DNA of 64,000 nt from Dehalococcoidia bacterium (GCA_038227375.1 JBBRPY010000005.1:457-64456); one strand, 5' to 3'. Numbered from the stretch's first letter, positions 9,775-19,413 are shown. Notes: generated by a model from the sequence alone, not told the origin. Numbers and translations: made by a program.

Positions 9775-10275
9775 ATGTACCACGCGATTATCCTCTGGCT
9801 GCACATCCTGGCGGCGGTGGCCTTCATCGGCCCGCAAATCTTCCTCGTGTTCGCCGCGATGCCGGCGCTCCGGACCATCGCCGACGTCCAGGCGCGTGCG
9901 CAGGCAACCCGCGTGATGACGATGCGCTTCGGGATGCTGGCTGGCGGCGCGCTGGCGGTGCTGCTGGTAACGGGCATCATCAACTACTTCCACGCGAAGG
10001 ATCTGGGGTACCTGGACATCAAGCGGTACTTCATCGCCTTGCAGATCAAGCTGACGCTGGTGGCGCTCGTCGTCGTGCTGACGATCGTGCACGGCGCCGT
10101 GCTCGGCCGCCGACTGCAGGAATTGCAGGACCGGGGCGCATCGGAGGCCGAGATCGCGAGCACGCGCCAATGGTCGATGCTGGTGTCGGCGGCGAACCTC
10201 GCGGCATCGATCATCATTCTGCTCTGCGCGGCGATCCTCGGATCCGTCTGGTCGAAGTTTGGTGGCGCTCGTTGA
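9775..10275 (+). CDS. hypothetical integral membrane protein (4 TM helices; HemJ/CopD-like?)
   Basis: MYHAIILWLHILAAVAFIGPQIFLVFAAMPAL... with coherent hydrophobic helices. Divergent from the M23 gene. Confidence 0.5.
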   Translation: MYHAIILWLHILAAVAFIGPQIFLVFAAMPALRTIADVQARAQATRVMTMRFGMLAGGALAVLLVTGIINYFHAKDLGYLDIKRYFIALQIKLTLVALVVVLTIVHGAVLGRRLQELQDRGASEAEIASTRQWSMLVSAANLAASIIILLCAAILGSVWSKFGGAR

Positions 10276-10299
10276 CGTAGCCGGAACGCGATCTACAAT
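10272..10299 (+). promoter_or_regulatory. sigma70-like promoter TTGACG-N16-TACAAT upstream of the sulfurtransferase gene
   Basis: TTGACG at 10272-10277 and TACAAT at 10294-10299. CAGGAGG RBS before the ATG at 10374. Confidence 0.4.
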
Positions 10300-10373
10300 T
10301 GCTCTCGTCCCATCTTATGTTGCCCTCGCCGCTCGGCGGGGCCGCGCATCTCGAACACAGGAGGTTCCCCGCC

Positions 10374-11201
10374 ATGGCTTCTGACGTGCTTGTCACAACG
10401 GACTGGGTCGCCGAACACCTGAACGACCCAAAGGTCAAGCTGATCGAAGTCGACGTCGACACGACGGCGTACGACGAGGCGCATGCGCCCGGCGCCGTTG
10501 GCTTCAATTGGACGAGCCAGCTCCAGGATCAGGTGCGGCGCGACATTATCACCAAGAACGGGCTCGAAGAGCTGCTGAGCGTGGCGGGCGTATCGAACGA
10601 CGACACCGTGGTGCTGTACGGCGACAACAACAACTGGTTCGCCGCCTACGCCTTCTGGCTGCTCGAGCTCTACGGCAGCACGAATGTGAAGTTGATGGAC
10701 GGCGGGCGCAAGAAGTGGATGGATGAGAAGCGCGCCACGACGAAGGATGCCCCGTCCCCGAAGAAGGCAAGTTATACCGCTCAGGAGCCGAACCAAGAAC
10801 TGCGGGCCCGGCGCGACCAGGTGCTGCAGGCGCTCGGGAAGGCCGGAAACGCCATGGTCGATGTGCGCTCGCCCGCCGAATACAACGGGGAGATCATGGC
10901 CCCTCCCGGGCTGTCCGAGACCGCCCAGCGGATGGGACACATTCCGGGCGCGGCGAACGTGCCGTGGAGCCAGGCGGTCCGCGAGGATGGCACCTTCAAG
11001 TCGCCTGAGGAACTGCAGGCGCTGTACGGTGGCAAGGGCGTGACGAAGGACAAGGAAGTGATCGCCTACTGCCGCATCGGAGAGCGATCGTCGCACACGT
11101 GGTTCGCCCTCAAGCACCTGTTGAATTTCCCGAACGTGCGCAACTACGACGGCTCCTGGACCGAGTACGGTAGCCTGATCGACGTGCCCATCGAGAAGTA
11201 G
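10374..11201 (+). CDS. sseA: thiosulfate / 3-mercaptopyruvate sulfurtransferase (tandem rhodanese)
   Basis: MASDVLVTTDWVAEHLNDPKVKLIEVD... with the active-site loop IAYCRIGERSS. Start taken at the ATG following the RBS, not the upstream extension in the ORF track. Confidence 0.85.
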   Translation: MASDVLVTTDWVAEHLNDPKVKLIEVDVDTTAYDEAHAPGAVGFNWTSQLQDQVRRDIITKNGLEELLSVAGVSNDDTVVLYGDNNNWFAAYAFWLLELYGSTNVKLMDGGRKKWMDEKRATTKDAPSPKKASYTAQEPNQELRARRDQVLQALGKAGNAMVDVRSPAEYNGEIMAPPGLSETAQRMGHIPGAANVPWSQAVREDGTFKSPEELQALYGGKGVTKDKEVIAYCRIGERSSHTWFALKHLLNFPNVRNYDGSWTEYGSLIDVPIEK

Positions 11202-11242
11202 CCGCATCGGCCGTCCGGGCGTGGTGCGCCGATCATCGCTGC

Positions 11243-11671
11243 ATGCTCGGGACGGATCGATTGCGCTGGCCGGTGACCTTCCGTGCCGCAACGGGTACGC
11301 TAACAAGCGTGTCCGACTATCTGAAGCTGGTGTATTCCCGCGCGCTGACGCAGCGCGACCCGGCGCTGCTGCAAGTGGCGTTCGACGCCATGGTGCTCGA
11401 CCGCTACCGCGCATCCGCCGCGTACGCGATCATCCGGACCGACACCGTTGGCCGCGTCAAGAAGCAGGGCGCGTGGACGCTCGACTTCGGCATCGCGCCA
11501 GGCGACGCCGTCATCCACGCGTCGTGGGGCGCCATCGCGCAAGGCCTGCCGGGCGAGGAACTGGCGCACTGGGCATCGCACGCGAGCAGCCTTTTGCTGA
11601 GTGAGATGTACTTGAAGATGCAACTGTCGCCCGGCGCCTGCCATGACGACGGCGAAGTAAGGACGTGGTGA
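11243..11671 (+). CDS. hypothetical protein
   Basis: 142-aa ORF with genome-typical high GC3 codon usage. The other frames here are R-rich junk. No recognisable motifs. Confidence 0.45.
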   Translation: MLGTDRLRWPVTFRAATGTLTSVSDYLKLVYSRALTQRDPALLQVAFDAMVLDRYRASAAYAIIRTDTVGRVKKQGAWTLDFGIAPGDAVIHASWGAIAQGLPGEELAHWASHASSLLLSEMYLKMQLSPGACHDDGEVRTW

Positions 11672-11672
11672 G

Positions 11673-12323
11673 ATGGTCTTTCGGCGTAGCGGATCTGAAG
11701 AGGGTCGCGATCAGGTCATCGAGGAGGACACTGATGGCCTGAACATCGTCAGTGAGGACGATGACGTTGAAGAAGGCGAAGAGGCGCTGTTCGAGGAGGG
11801 AGAGCAGTGCGAAATTTGCGGCGCGGAACCAGGGATCGTAGGGATCGACCCGACGTGCCATGGCATGTATCCCGGGGAAGAGCCGCTGCTTGCCGGCCAG
11901 CGTTGCCTGGAGCAGGCGCTGAAAGACGCATACGGGAAGGATGAGGGCATCGCCGTCATCGTCGAACCCTTCGGCGAGAACGACATGCACCTCTACTATC
12001 GTCTCGATGAGATGCCGGCGTACCAATTCCCGCGCGAGGATGTCGAAGCGATCTCGTGGCTGCTGCTGACGATCGGTGATGATTGCGCGCGTTGCGGCGG
12101 CCAGAGCCACTTTGCCTGGCTGACGCCGGCCTTCGTCGACCCGGAGCTGCCCGAAGATCCGGATCGTGCGGTCTTCCGTCACATGGACCGCGACATCGAG
12201 CACCTCTGCCGTGACTGCGCGGCCTCGCGGCTCGCGAAGTCGTACGGCGCGCTCAATCTGCCGCTGATCACCGTCGAGGTGCCGCGCAGCGCGATGGGTG
12301 TGATGATGCCTTCCGGTGCGTAG
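11673..12323 (+). CDS. hypothetical acidic protein with two CxxC...CxxC zinc-ribbon-like motifs
   Basis: 216 aa. Strongly acidic N-terminus, then CEICG-x12-C-x15-C and CARCGG-x37-CRDC. Starts 1 nt after the preceding stop. Its stop (TAG) is immediately followed by the ATG of the JAMM gene. Confidence 0.55.
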   Translation: MVFRRSGSEEGRDQVIEEDTDGLNIVSEDDDVEEGEEALFEEGEQCEICGAEPGIVGIDPTCHGMYPGEEPLLAGQRCLEQALKDAYGKDEGIAVIVEPFGENDMHLYYRLDEMPAYQFPREDVEAISWLLLTIGDDCARCGGQSHFAWLTPAFVDPELPEDPDRAVFRHMDRDIEHLCRDCAASRLAKSYGALNLPLITVEVPRSAMGVMMPSGA

Positions 12324-12725
12324 ATGACGCTGCTGCTGGAACAGTCATACATCGACGAGATGATCGCGCACGCGAAGGAAGACGCGCCCAACGAGTGCTG
12401 CGGCATCATTGCCGGCGCGAGCGGCCGCGCGCAGAAGCTCTATCGCGCGATCAACGCCGAGGCGAGCCCGTACCGCTATAGCGTCGACGCCAAGGATCTG
12501 CTGCGCATCTATCACGATGCCGACGCGCACGAGTGGGAGTTTCTGGTGATCTACCACTCGCACACGCACACCGAGGCCTATCCCTCGCCGACCGACGTGC
12601 GTCTCGCGGGCTGGCCCGACGCGTACTACGTGCTCGTCTCGCTGATGGAGGGCGCGCCCATCGTGCGCGCCTTCCGCATCGTCGACACCCTCGTGACGGA
12701 AGAGCCGATTGAGGTTGCGGTGTAG
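12324..12725 (+). CDS. Mov34/MPN+ (JAMM) family metalloprotease
   Basis: JAMM motif HSHTHTEAYPSPTD (H-x-H-x7-S-x2-D) together with an upstream E (ECCGIIAG). 133 aa, a stand-alone Mec+/QbsD-like size. Confidence 0.8.
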   Translation: MTLLLEQSYIDEMIAHAKEDAPNECCGIIAGASGRAQKLYRAINAEASPYRYSVDAKDLLRIYHDADAHEWEFLVIYHSHTHTEAYPSPTDVRLAGWPDAYYVLVSLMEGAPIVRAFRIVDTLVTEEPIEVAV

Positions 12726-12762
12726 GGCGCTGCACGGCTGCCGGTGCGTCATAACGAAGCGC

Positions 12763-14424
12763 TTACTGGAACTCCGCGAGCGTGCCTTCGACCTTCGTCG
12801 AGCCGGTGAGACGGAAGAAGTTGAAGTACTTTCCACTCGGGAGCTGTACCCAGACGGCGTCGTACACCTGCCAGAAGTCGGGCTGGGAAAGCAGGGCGGA
12901 ATCGGCAGCGAGCAGCTCGCCGGCGTCGAGGCGGTGCACCCATTCGATGCCGCCTGCCGGCAGCAGGTCGAGCTTGGGATCGATGATGATGATGTCCGGC
13001 GCTTGCGCGATCACGTAGGCGCCGTCCCCCTTGCGGTGTCCTGGCGTGTTGATGGTGTCCGAGAGACGTGGTCCATGCGCGATGTGTTCATCCGTTAGTC
13101 CCAGCGTGTCAAGTGTCCGCGTGCGGGTCACGAAAGGTATGTAACCGGAGGCGCCGACCGCGACATGCGTGCCCGGATCCTGTTGCTTCAGCCATGCCCC
13201 AATCTCCACGTAGGCGTCGGCCTTCGAGCGCCGAAACGCGAGGAGCTCAACTTCTCGCCGCGGCACGACGATCAGCCATGCCACCGCCAGCACGCCGACC
13301 ACTGCTCCCGCCGGCGCCAGCCAACGCGCCGGCTGCTCGCGGCTGAACTGTCCGACCACGAACACGAAGGAATCCACCGCGAGCACTAGCGCGATCGGTA
13401 TGACGGGCAGCATGAACCGGTGGAACGACATGAAGTCGCCGCCGACATACGCGACGTACGCCGTCCAGAGTGCGCCAAATCCGATGAGGGGGAGCGCCCG
13501 CGCGCGGCGGTCGGCACGCGCCAGTGCCACGAGTGGCAGCGGAAAGATAAGGAGCGCGCCGGTCTCGATCCAGAAGGACCGCACGTAGCCCAGGCCGTCG
13601 CGGTAACGCCCCCAATCGAGCAACGGGCCGCCGCCCACCTTCTGGTAGTACGTATTCGGCAGTGGATAGCCATAGTACGACCAGCGCCAGCCAATGTACG
13701 CGGCGTACGGCAGGAACACGATCGCGCACCACACCGCGAGCGCCTGAAAGCGCCGGTTGTCGCGCCAGCGCGCAGCGTCAGCGCCCTTGGCAATGAGCAG
13801 CACGATTACCACGATGAGCCCTTCGGGCCGGGTCAACGCCGCCAGGAGCGCGATCGCGGCCGAGAGCGGCAGCCGTCCCGATTCTTCGGACTCGACCATG
13901 GCACGGTACAGCGCCAGCGCCACCAGGAACGTGAACAACGGCTCCTCTAGTCCAGCCGTCGCCCAGTACCCGGTGGATGGCAGGGCGCCGAATACCAGCG
14001 CCGCCCCCGCGAACACAGCGTCGGCGGTCCGGCGCGATTCCGGGGCCAGACGGCGCGCGAGGAGCCACATGACGGCGAGCGTGCCGAGATCCGACGTGAA
14101 GCCGAGCCATCGCGAAGGCGTGACGATGCCGGCGCCCAGCCGCTCGGTCAGCGCCAGCAGCATCACCCACGAGAAGTTGGTGTAGCCTTCGACGTGCTCG
14201 CCGGGATTGAAGACGAGGCCGGACCCGTGCGCGAAGTTGTAGGCATACCGGTACGAGATGTATGCATCGTCGACGGTGAGGTCCCAGAACTTGAACGCCT
14301 GCGCCGCGATCAACGCGCCAGCCATCACAAACGCAATCGGCGCGGCGAGCCGCCGATTGAGGGTGGCGGCGAAACCTATCGCGCAGCCACCGAGCATGAT
14401 CCAGTACAACTGGTCGAAGGACAT
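12763..14424 (-). CDS. GT-C fold integral membrane glycosyltransferase (ArnT/PMT-like)
   Basis: Start at ATG 14422-14424 (MSFDQLYWIML...). The first periplasmic loop carries the DDAYISYRYAYNF motif, and the protein has >10 TM helices. The ORF track N-terminal extension is junk. Confidence 0.65.
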   Translation of the reverse strand: MSFDQLYWIMLGGCAIGFAATLNRRLAAPIAFVMAGALIAAQAFKFWDLTVDDAYISYRYAYNFAHGSGLVFNPGEHVEGYTNFSWVMLLALTERLGAGIVTPSRWLGFTSDLGTLAVMWLLARRLAPESRRTADAVFAGAALVFGALPSTGYWATAGLEEPLFTFLVALALYRAMVESEESGRLPLSAAIALLAALTRPEGLIVVIVLLIAKGADAARWRDNRRFQALAVWCAIVFLPYAAYIGWRWSYYGYPLPNTYYQKVGGGPLLDWGRYRDGLGYVRSFWIETGALLIFPLPLVALARADRRARALPLIGFGALWTAYVAYVGGDFMSFHRFMLPVIPIALVLAVDSFVFVVGQFSREQPARWLAPAGAVVGVLAVAWLIVVPRREVELLAFRRSKADAYVEIGAWLKQQDPGTHVAVGASGYIPFVTRTRTLDTLGLTDEHIAHGPRLSDTINTPGHRKGDGAYVIAQAPDIIIIDPKLDLLPAGGIEWVHRLDAGELLAADSALLSQPDFWQVYDAVWVQLPSGKYFNFFRLTGSTKVEGTLAEFQ

Positions 14425-14617
14425 CCCGGCGCACCTCAGTTGAGAGCATACATGCCGCCATCCGCGCACCTTTCCACACACCGTTGCCAGGTGGCGAGTC
14501 ACGCGTTGGCAAGCAGCCAGCCCGTCGCCGTGCCTCGCGGCTGAGCTTGCCAGGCACTGCCCTCCGCACGGATTGGTCATTCCGAATGACGCAACCGTGA
14601 TGCCGTTATGATGCGTC

Positions 14618-16360
14618 ATGACACGCAGGTGGATCCTTGTCTCCGGCGTCGCGCTCCTCGCTCTCGCCAGCCTCGTGGGCGCGGGCGTCGCCGTGGGGCG
14701 CAAGACCGCGCACTCGCGGAGCATCGTGTCCGCACCAGATGCGACGCCGGAAACGAGCAGCGTGCGATTCTCTCCGAATCGCAACCTGCCAGGCAGGTTG
14801 GTGCTGACGCGGACGGACTGCAGCGGTGACGACACCTCGGTCGGGTGGTTCAGTTGGACGCGGGAACCCGGCACGGAGGAGCAGCCGTATCACATCGCGA
14901 TCACGCCGTGGGACGGACTCTGGTATCTCTCCTTTCGCGACGCCGTCGAAGGCAAGGCGCGTCTCGGCGGATTCGCGACAGGCAAGGCCTACACCATCAC
15001 GGTGACGGCGCCCGGCTCTGGGAACGTCTGGGCCGCTGGCGATCTGTCTGCGGCTTCTTGCCGTGACTACTCCGGACGCTGTCCTCCGTCCGCGGATCTG
15101 ATGGCGCAGGGGCCGGTGACGGGAGCCGTTTCCGATACGACGGCCCGCATCTGGGTCCGCACCTGCTACTCCGCGGACGTCGTGATCGAGTACAAGGCGG
15201 CGTCGTCACCCTGGTCGGCGTCCTCGCGCACGGCGCCGAAGCCGGTGGATGAAACGCGAGACAACACGCTGGTCGAAGAGCTGCGCGATTTGAGTCCGCT
15301 GACGGAGTATGACTACCGAGTCCTCGTAGAGGGCATCGCGCCCGATCAGCCACCGGGCCACTTCGCGACGCTACCCCACCCCGGGACGCCTTCGAAGTTC
15401 CGATTTCTCTCTACCGCAGACACGCATCAGATACGGGTGCAGAACCGGCCGGACATCGCGGCGGCTCTGTTTTCGAGCATGGCCGCGCAACGAGCGCAGT
15501 TCCAGTTGTTGATCGGCGACAATATCGACGTCGATGGCTACGGCTCGTTCGATCCCACCAGCGCCGAGGCGTACCGGCGGCACTATCGTGACAATTGGTC
15601 GTTTCCGGCGTTGCGCGGCCTGATGGCAGGCGCCGCCACGTTCGAAATGTGGGACGACCACGACATCATGAACGACTGGGCGCAGAAGCAGGAGCCCCCG
15701 TACGGCTTCGCCCGACAGGCGTACGAAGACTTCATCAACTCCCGGAATCCGGCGCCGCTTGAGCCGGGGTCGACGTACTACAGCTTCGACGCCGGCGATG
15801 GCTCATTCTTTGTGTTGGACGACCGCTCGTTCCGCGACGCGAAGACGCTGGCGGATGATGCGAACAAGACAATGCTTGGTCAGACCCAGAAAGAGCACCT
15901 CAAGAAGTGGCTGAAGACATCAACCGCGCAATTCAAGTTCATCGTTTCGACGGTGCCCTGGAACGACCACCAGGTGCTCCCGCTGAAACAATATGATGGA
16001 TGGGACGGTTTCCGCACGGAGCGACAGGAGATCTTCGACTACGTCCACCAGAACCATGTCGGCGGTGTGATGTTGATCTCGGCCGACAACCATTGGCCGA
16101 TGGTGACGCGGCAGGCGTACGGCATCCCGGAGTTCCAGACGACGCCCGCTGTGGTCACGCCCGGCACCGCCCCCACGTCCGGATCGAGTTCCGTCGTCGG
16201 CGCACCGGACGTGCTGTTCTATGACAGCTCGAAGAATGCATACGGCGAGTTCGACATCGACACGACGGTAACCCCGGCGCAGATGAACTTTCGGATGATG
16301 GACGAGACCGGCTCGGCGATGTTCTCGCTATCGCTGACGGCAGGCGATCTCGCGCAGTGA
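14618..16360 (+). CDS. phoD: alkaline phosphatase D family protein (PhoD-like), Tat-type signal
   Basis: 580 aa. RR-containing signal peptide (MTRRWILVSGVALLALASLVGAG). PhoD-like metallophosphatase core (FLSTADTH...GDNIDVD...WDDHDI...ISADNHW). Confidence 0.85.
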   Translation: MTRRWILVSGVALLALASLVGAGVAVGRKTAHSRSIVSAPDATPETSSVRFSPNRNLPGRLVLTRTDCSGDDTSVGWFSWTREPGTEEQPYHIAITPWDGLWYLSFRDAVEGKARLGGFATGKAYTITVTAPGSGNVWAAGDLSAASCRDYSGRCPPSADLMAQGPVTGAVSDTTARIWVRTCYSADVVIEYKAASSPWSASSRTAPKPVDETRDNTLVEELRDLSPLTEYDYRVLVEGIAPDQPPGHFATLPHPGTPSKFRFLSTADTHQIRVQNRPDIAAALFSSMAAQRAQFQLLIGDNIDVDGYGSFDPTSAEAYRRHYRDNWSFPALRGLMAGAATFEMWDDHDIMNDWAQKQEPPYGFARQAYEDFINSRNPAPLEPGSTYYSFDAGDGSFFVLDDRSFRDAKTLADDANKTMLGQTQKEHLKKWLKTSTAQFKFIVSTVPWNDHQVLPLKQYDGWDGFRTERQEIFDYVHQNHVGGVMLISADNHWPMVTRQAYGIPEFQTTPAVVTPGTAPTSGSSSVVGAPDVLFYDSSKNAYGEFDIDTTVTPAQMNFRMMDETGSAMFSLSLTAGDLAQ

Positions 16361-16476
16361 GCGCACCGGGCAGTAGTTCATCGTCGCACGGTAACAAGCG
16401 CGCTCTGGTGTCAAGATGGGTGTGTTCGCGTACGTCCGCACCAGCGACCAGCGACCAATGACCGGCCGACCAGAAC

Positions 16477-17700
16477 TTACACTTCGTTTTTGTTGAGGGT
16501 GGCGAGGAATTCGGCGTTGCTGCCGGTGCGGCTGAGGCGTTCGAGCAGCCGCTCGGTCGCCTCCGACGGGTTGGATGAGTTCGACGAGAGCATGGACATC
16601 ATCCGCCGCATCAGCCAGACCTGCCGCAGCGTCGCCTCGTCCATCAGCAGCTCTTCTCGCCGCGTGCTGCTGGCGGCGATGTCAAGCGCCGGGAAGACGC
16701 GGCGCTCGGCGAGCCGGCGGTCGAGCCGGAGCTCCATATTGCCAGTGCCCTTGAACTCTTCGAAGACCACCTCGTCCTGCCGGCTCCCGGTATCGACGAG
16801 GCAGGTGGCGATCACCGTCAGGCTGCCGCCCTCTTCGCAGTTGCGCGCGGCGCCGAAGAAGCGCTTCGGCGGGTAGACCGCGACCGGGTCCAGGCCACCG
16901 GTCAGCGTGCGGCCGCTGGGTGGCATCGCGAGGTTGTACGCGCGCGTCAGGCGGGTGATGCTGTCGAGCAGGATGACGACGTCCTTGCCGCCTTCCACCA
17001 ACCGCTTCGCGCGCTCGAGCGCCATCTCTGCAACGCGGGTGTGGTCCTCGACCGGCTCATCGAAGGTCGAGGCGACGACCTCGCCCTTCACCGACCGCTT
17101 CATGTCGGTCACTTCTTCCGGCCGCTCGCCGATCAGCGCCACGACCAGGTGGATATCGGGCCAGTTGGCGGCGATGCCCGCAGCGATCGCTTTGAGCAGG
17201 AATGTCTTGCCGGCTTTTGGCGGTGAGACGATCAATCCGCGCTGGCCGCGCCCGATCGGTGAGATGAGATTGATCAGGCGCCCGGAGAGGTCCGCCGACG
17301 GCGTCTCGAGATCGATCATCTCGTTCGGGAAGATGGCGGTGAAGTCTTCGAAGTGCGGCCGGTTCTTCGCGACCTCCGGGTCGAGCCCGTTGACGTTGTC
17401 GACGCGGAGCAGCCCGTAGTATTTCTCGCTGTCCTTCGGCGCGCGGACCTGTCCGGTCACGTAATCGCCCGTGCGCAAACCGAACCGGCGGATCTGCGAT
17501 TGGCTGACGTAGACGTCGCTCGATCCCGGCAGCAGGCTTTCGCCGCGGAGGAATCCGTAGCCGTCGTCGACGATCTCCAGAATGCCGCCGGTCGTCAGCG
17601 CGTTGTCGCGCTCCGCCTGCGTCATCGGCTGTTCGGCGGCATCCTCCTGCGGCGCCGGACGTGGGCCGCCCGCGGATCGTCGTCGTTCTCGTACTGCCAT
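16477..17700 (-). CDS. rho: transcription termination factor Rho
   Basis: 407 aa. Cold-shock-like RNA-binding domain, Walker A GKTFLLK, RecA-like ATPase and a conserved C-terminus. Confidence 0.95.
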   Translation of the reverse strand: MAVRERRRSAGGPRPAPQEDAAEQPMTQAERDNALTTGGILEIVDDGYGFLRGESLLPGSSDVYVSQSQIRRFGLRTGDYVTGQVRAPKDSEKYYGLLRVDNVNGLDPEVAKNRPHFEDFTAIFPNEMIDLETPSADLSGRLINLISPIGRGQRGLIVSPPKAGKTFLLKAIAAGIAANWPDIHLVVALIGERPEEVTDMKRSVKGEVVASTFDEPVEDHTRVAEMALERAKRLVEGGKDVVILLDSITRLTRAYNLAMPPSGRTLTGGLDPVAVYPPKRFFGAARNCEEGGSLTVIATCLVDTGSRQDEVVFEEFKGTGNMELRLDRRLAERRVFPALDIAASSTRREELLMDEATLRQVWLMRRMMSMLSSNSSNPSEATERLLERLSRTGSNAEFLATLNKNEV

Positions 17701-17884
17701 GTTGTCCTCGATTTGGGGTGATCAGGCGGTGGTGCCGCCGTACGATGCTCTCCCTGTGGGATCGGCGCTCCGCCGGTATGGCACGTGCCGCGGACTGCGC
17801 CCGCGGGCCGAACGTATGCGTGGACCAAAATGGGGTTTCGCTCGGCGCCGGGAGAAGAAGCGCCGGTTCTGCGGTGGGCCTCCT

Positions 17885-17914
17885 CTTAGTACCGCATGGA
17901 CAGGATATCTGTCA
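17885..17914 (-). promoter_or_regulatory. candidate sigma70 promoter for rho (TTGACA-N18-TACTAA on the minus strand)
   Basis: Reverse complement of 17881-17920 reads CTTGACAGATATCCTGTCCATGCGGTACTAAGAGG, giving a ~175-nt leader to the rho ATG. Confidence 0.35.
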
Positions 17915-18191
17915 AGCACAAGCGAAGTCGCCGCGCCCGGTGATGACATCCGGAGGCGGGGGAGGTTACCGGACTCGTGGACGCCACCGACACGAACAGC
18001 CTGCAGCAGCACCTCACGACCGGTACCGGTCTCACCGGTTCCGCCAACCTCTGAAGGTGGGTGGACCGCGCACGCGGGCCGCCATCGAACGCGGCCCCAA
18101 ACAGCGCCCCTGGGAACAGCTATCTCAAGGGTGGTGACGAAGTGTCGGTTTACGACGTGACCAAGGATGGATTCATCACTTCCGCCGACAC

Positions 18192-18210
18192 GAACTTCGT
18201 TACGAAGTTC
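18192..18210. repeat. perfect 19-bp palindrome GAACTTCGT-T-ACGAAGTTC in an AT-rich patch
   Basis: 9-bp arms with a 1-nt spacer. It sits in a ~180-bp lower-GC noncoding stretch between the rho promoter and the upstream gene. Confidence 0.5.
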
Positions 18211-18519
18211 TTGACCTTGAAGTGCCCGATCCAGACCTCGCAGGCGACGTGCGAGCGTCGAACCCGCAAGCGGAACCGTAGGAAATTCTTCGCCTTCGTG
18301 GGAAGTGGCGTCCGGCCGGAATGCCGGACGCTTCCCCCGGCTTACTCCACGCCGAACGCATCCAACACGACGATCTCGATGATGCGAATGCTACCGGCGA
18401 CCACAAGAAGAGCTTCGACGTCGCAGGCACCCGCCCAGCATCCGTTCGCGCCGTCTGCGGAGTCGCGACTTCGAGTCTCGGTTCCTCCGTGGAAGGGCTC
18501 CCGTCGGCGCGCCGGAGGG

Positions 18520-19413
18520 TCAGCGCAGGGCGATGATCGCCGCCGCCAGCAGGATCGCCTCGGCGCCGACTGCTGCGAGCAGCAGGACGTAGCCGACCAT
18601 GCGCTCCCACGAGTGCGCGGCGAAGCCGAGCGCGAGGTTCACCAGCAGCAGCCCGATGCCGGTCATCGGCAGCTTCAGCAGCTCATCCTTCGACGCGATG
18701 CGGGTGACGCCATTCAGTTGCGGGAACGAGAGCGCGATCGTTGGTGACAGGCCCGGGTACTGCTGGTAGATGTAGGCAAACATCGCGAAGAAGGTGGCGA
18801 ACGCCGCGAGCGCGAGCAGTTGGGCGGCGCGGTCTTCCCAGAACGGCTGCGCCGCAAGATAGAGCCGGTCGGGCACTTGCGGAACCGAGACCAGCGATCC
18901 CAGCCGCTGCGTCGACTGCACCGCCTCGGCGAACGCCACCTCGTCCTCGAGGCTGATCGCGTACGACTGGTCGGGTGTCACAACGTAGAGCAACTCCGCT
19001 GGCGAGCGATGCGTCGAGTAAAACAGCGTGCGTCCGATGCCACCTTCGATCTCGGCATGGCCGATGTGGTGGCCCAACCAACTGACGCCGGCGACGTGCG
19101 GGTTTCCGAGCTCGCGACCGGGCACCAGCCGCTCGATCTGCGACATCGGCACCATCTGGCGGATGTCGCCCCAGGTGATCGTCAGTGCGTTGCGGTCGAG
19201 GGTGTAGCGCAGCGTGCCGAGGCTGTACGTCCAGTACGAGAACAGCAGCCCCATGAAGAAGAAGACCGACGCCACGACGTACAGCGCGATGACGCCGAGC
19301 GCCACGTCGGCCGTCACGCCGCGCACGACGAGCGCAAGGGCGACGATGAAGCACCACGCCGACAGGCCGCCGCCGACGAGCGTGCCGATCGCCCTTGGTG
19401 GCCGAAACTCCAT
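18520..19413 (-). CDS. hypothetical membrane protein (bacterial PH-like domain flanked by TM helices)
   Basis: 297 aa. The ATG overlaps the ilvE stop (ATGA), indicating translational coupling. TM helices at both ends. Confidence 0.6.
   Translation of the reverse strand: MEFRPPRAIGTLVGGGLSAWCFIVALALVVRGVTADVALGVIALYVVASVFFFMGLLFSYWTYSLGTLRYTLDRNALTITWGDIRQMVPMSQIERLVPGRELGNPHVAGVSWLGHHIGHAEIEGGIGRTLFYSTHRSPAELLYVVTPDQSYAISLEDEVAFAEAVQSTQRLGSLVSVPQVPDRLYLAAQPFWEDRAAQLLALAAFATFFAMFAYIYQQYPGLSPTIALSFPQLNGVTRIASKDELLKLPMTGIGLLLVNLALGFAAHSWERMVGYVLLLAAVGAEAILLAAAIIALR

Noticed and set aside
12345-12836. 163-aa minus ORF antisense to the JAMM gene
   Set aside because: R/A-rich, and the JAMM motif on the plus strand is intact.
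18061-18747. 228-aa plus ORF and minus-frame open stretch across the AT-rich patch upstream of rho
   Set aside because: No start codon in the coding-like part. Codon usage is atypical. The downstream part is antisense of the PH-domain membrane gene.
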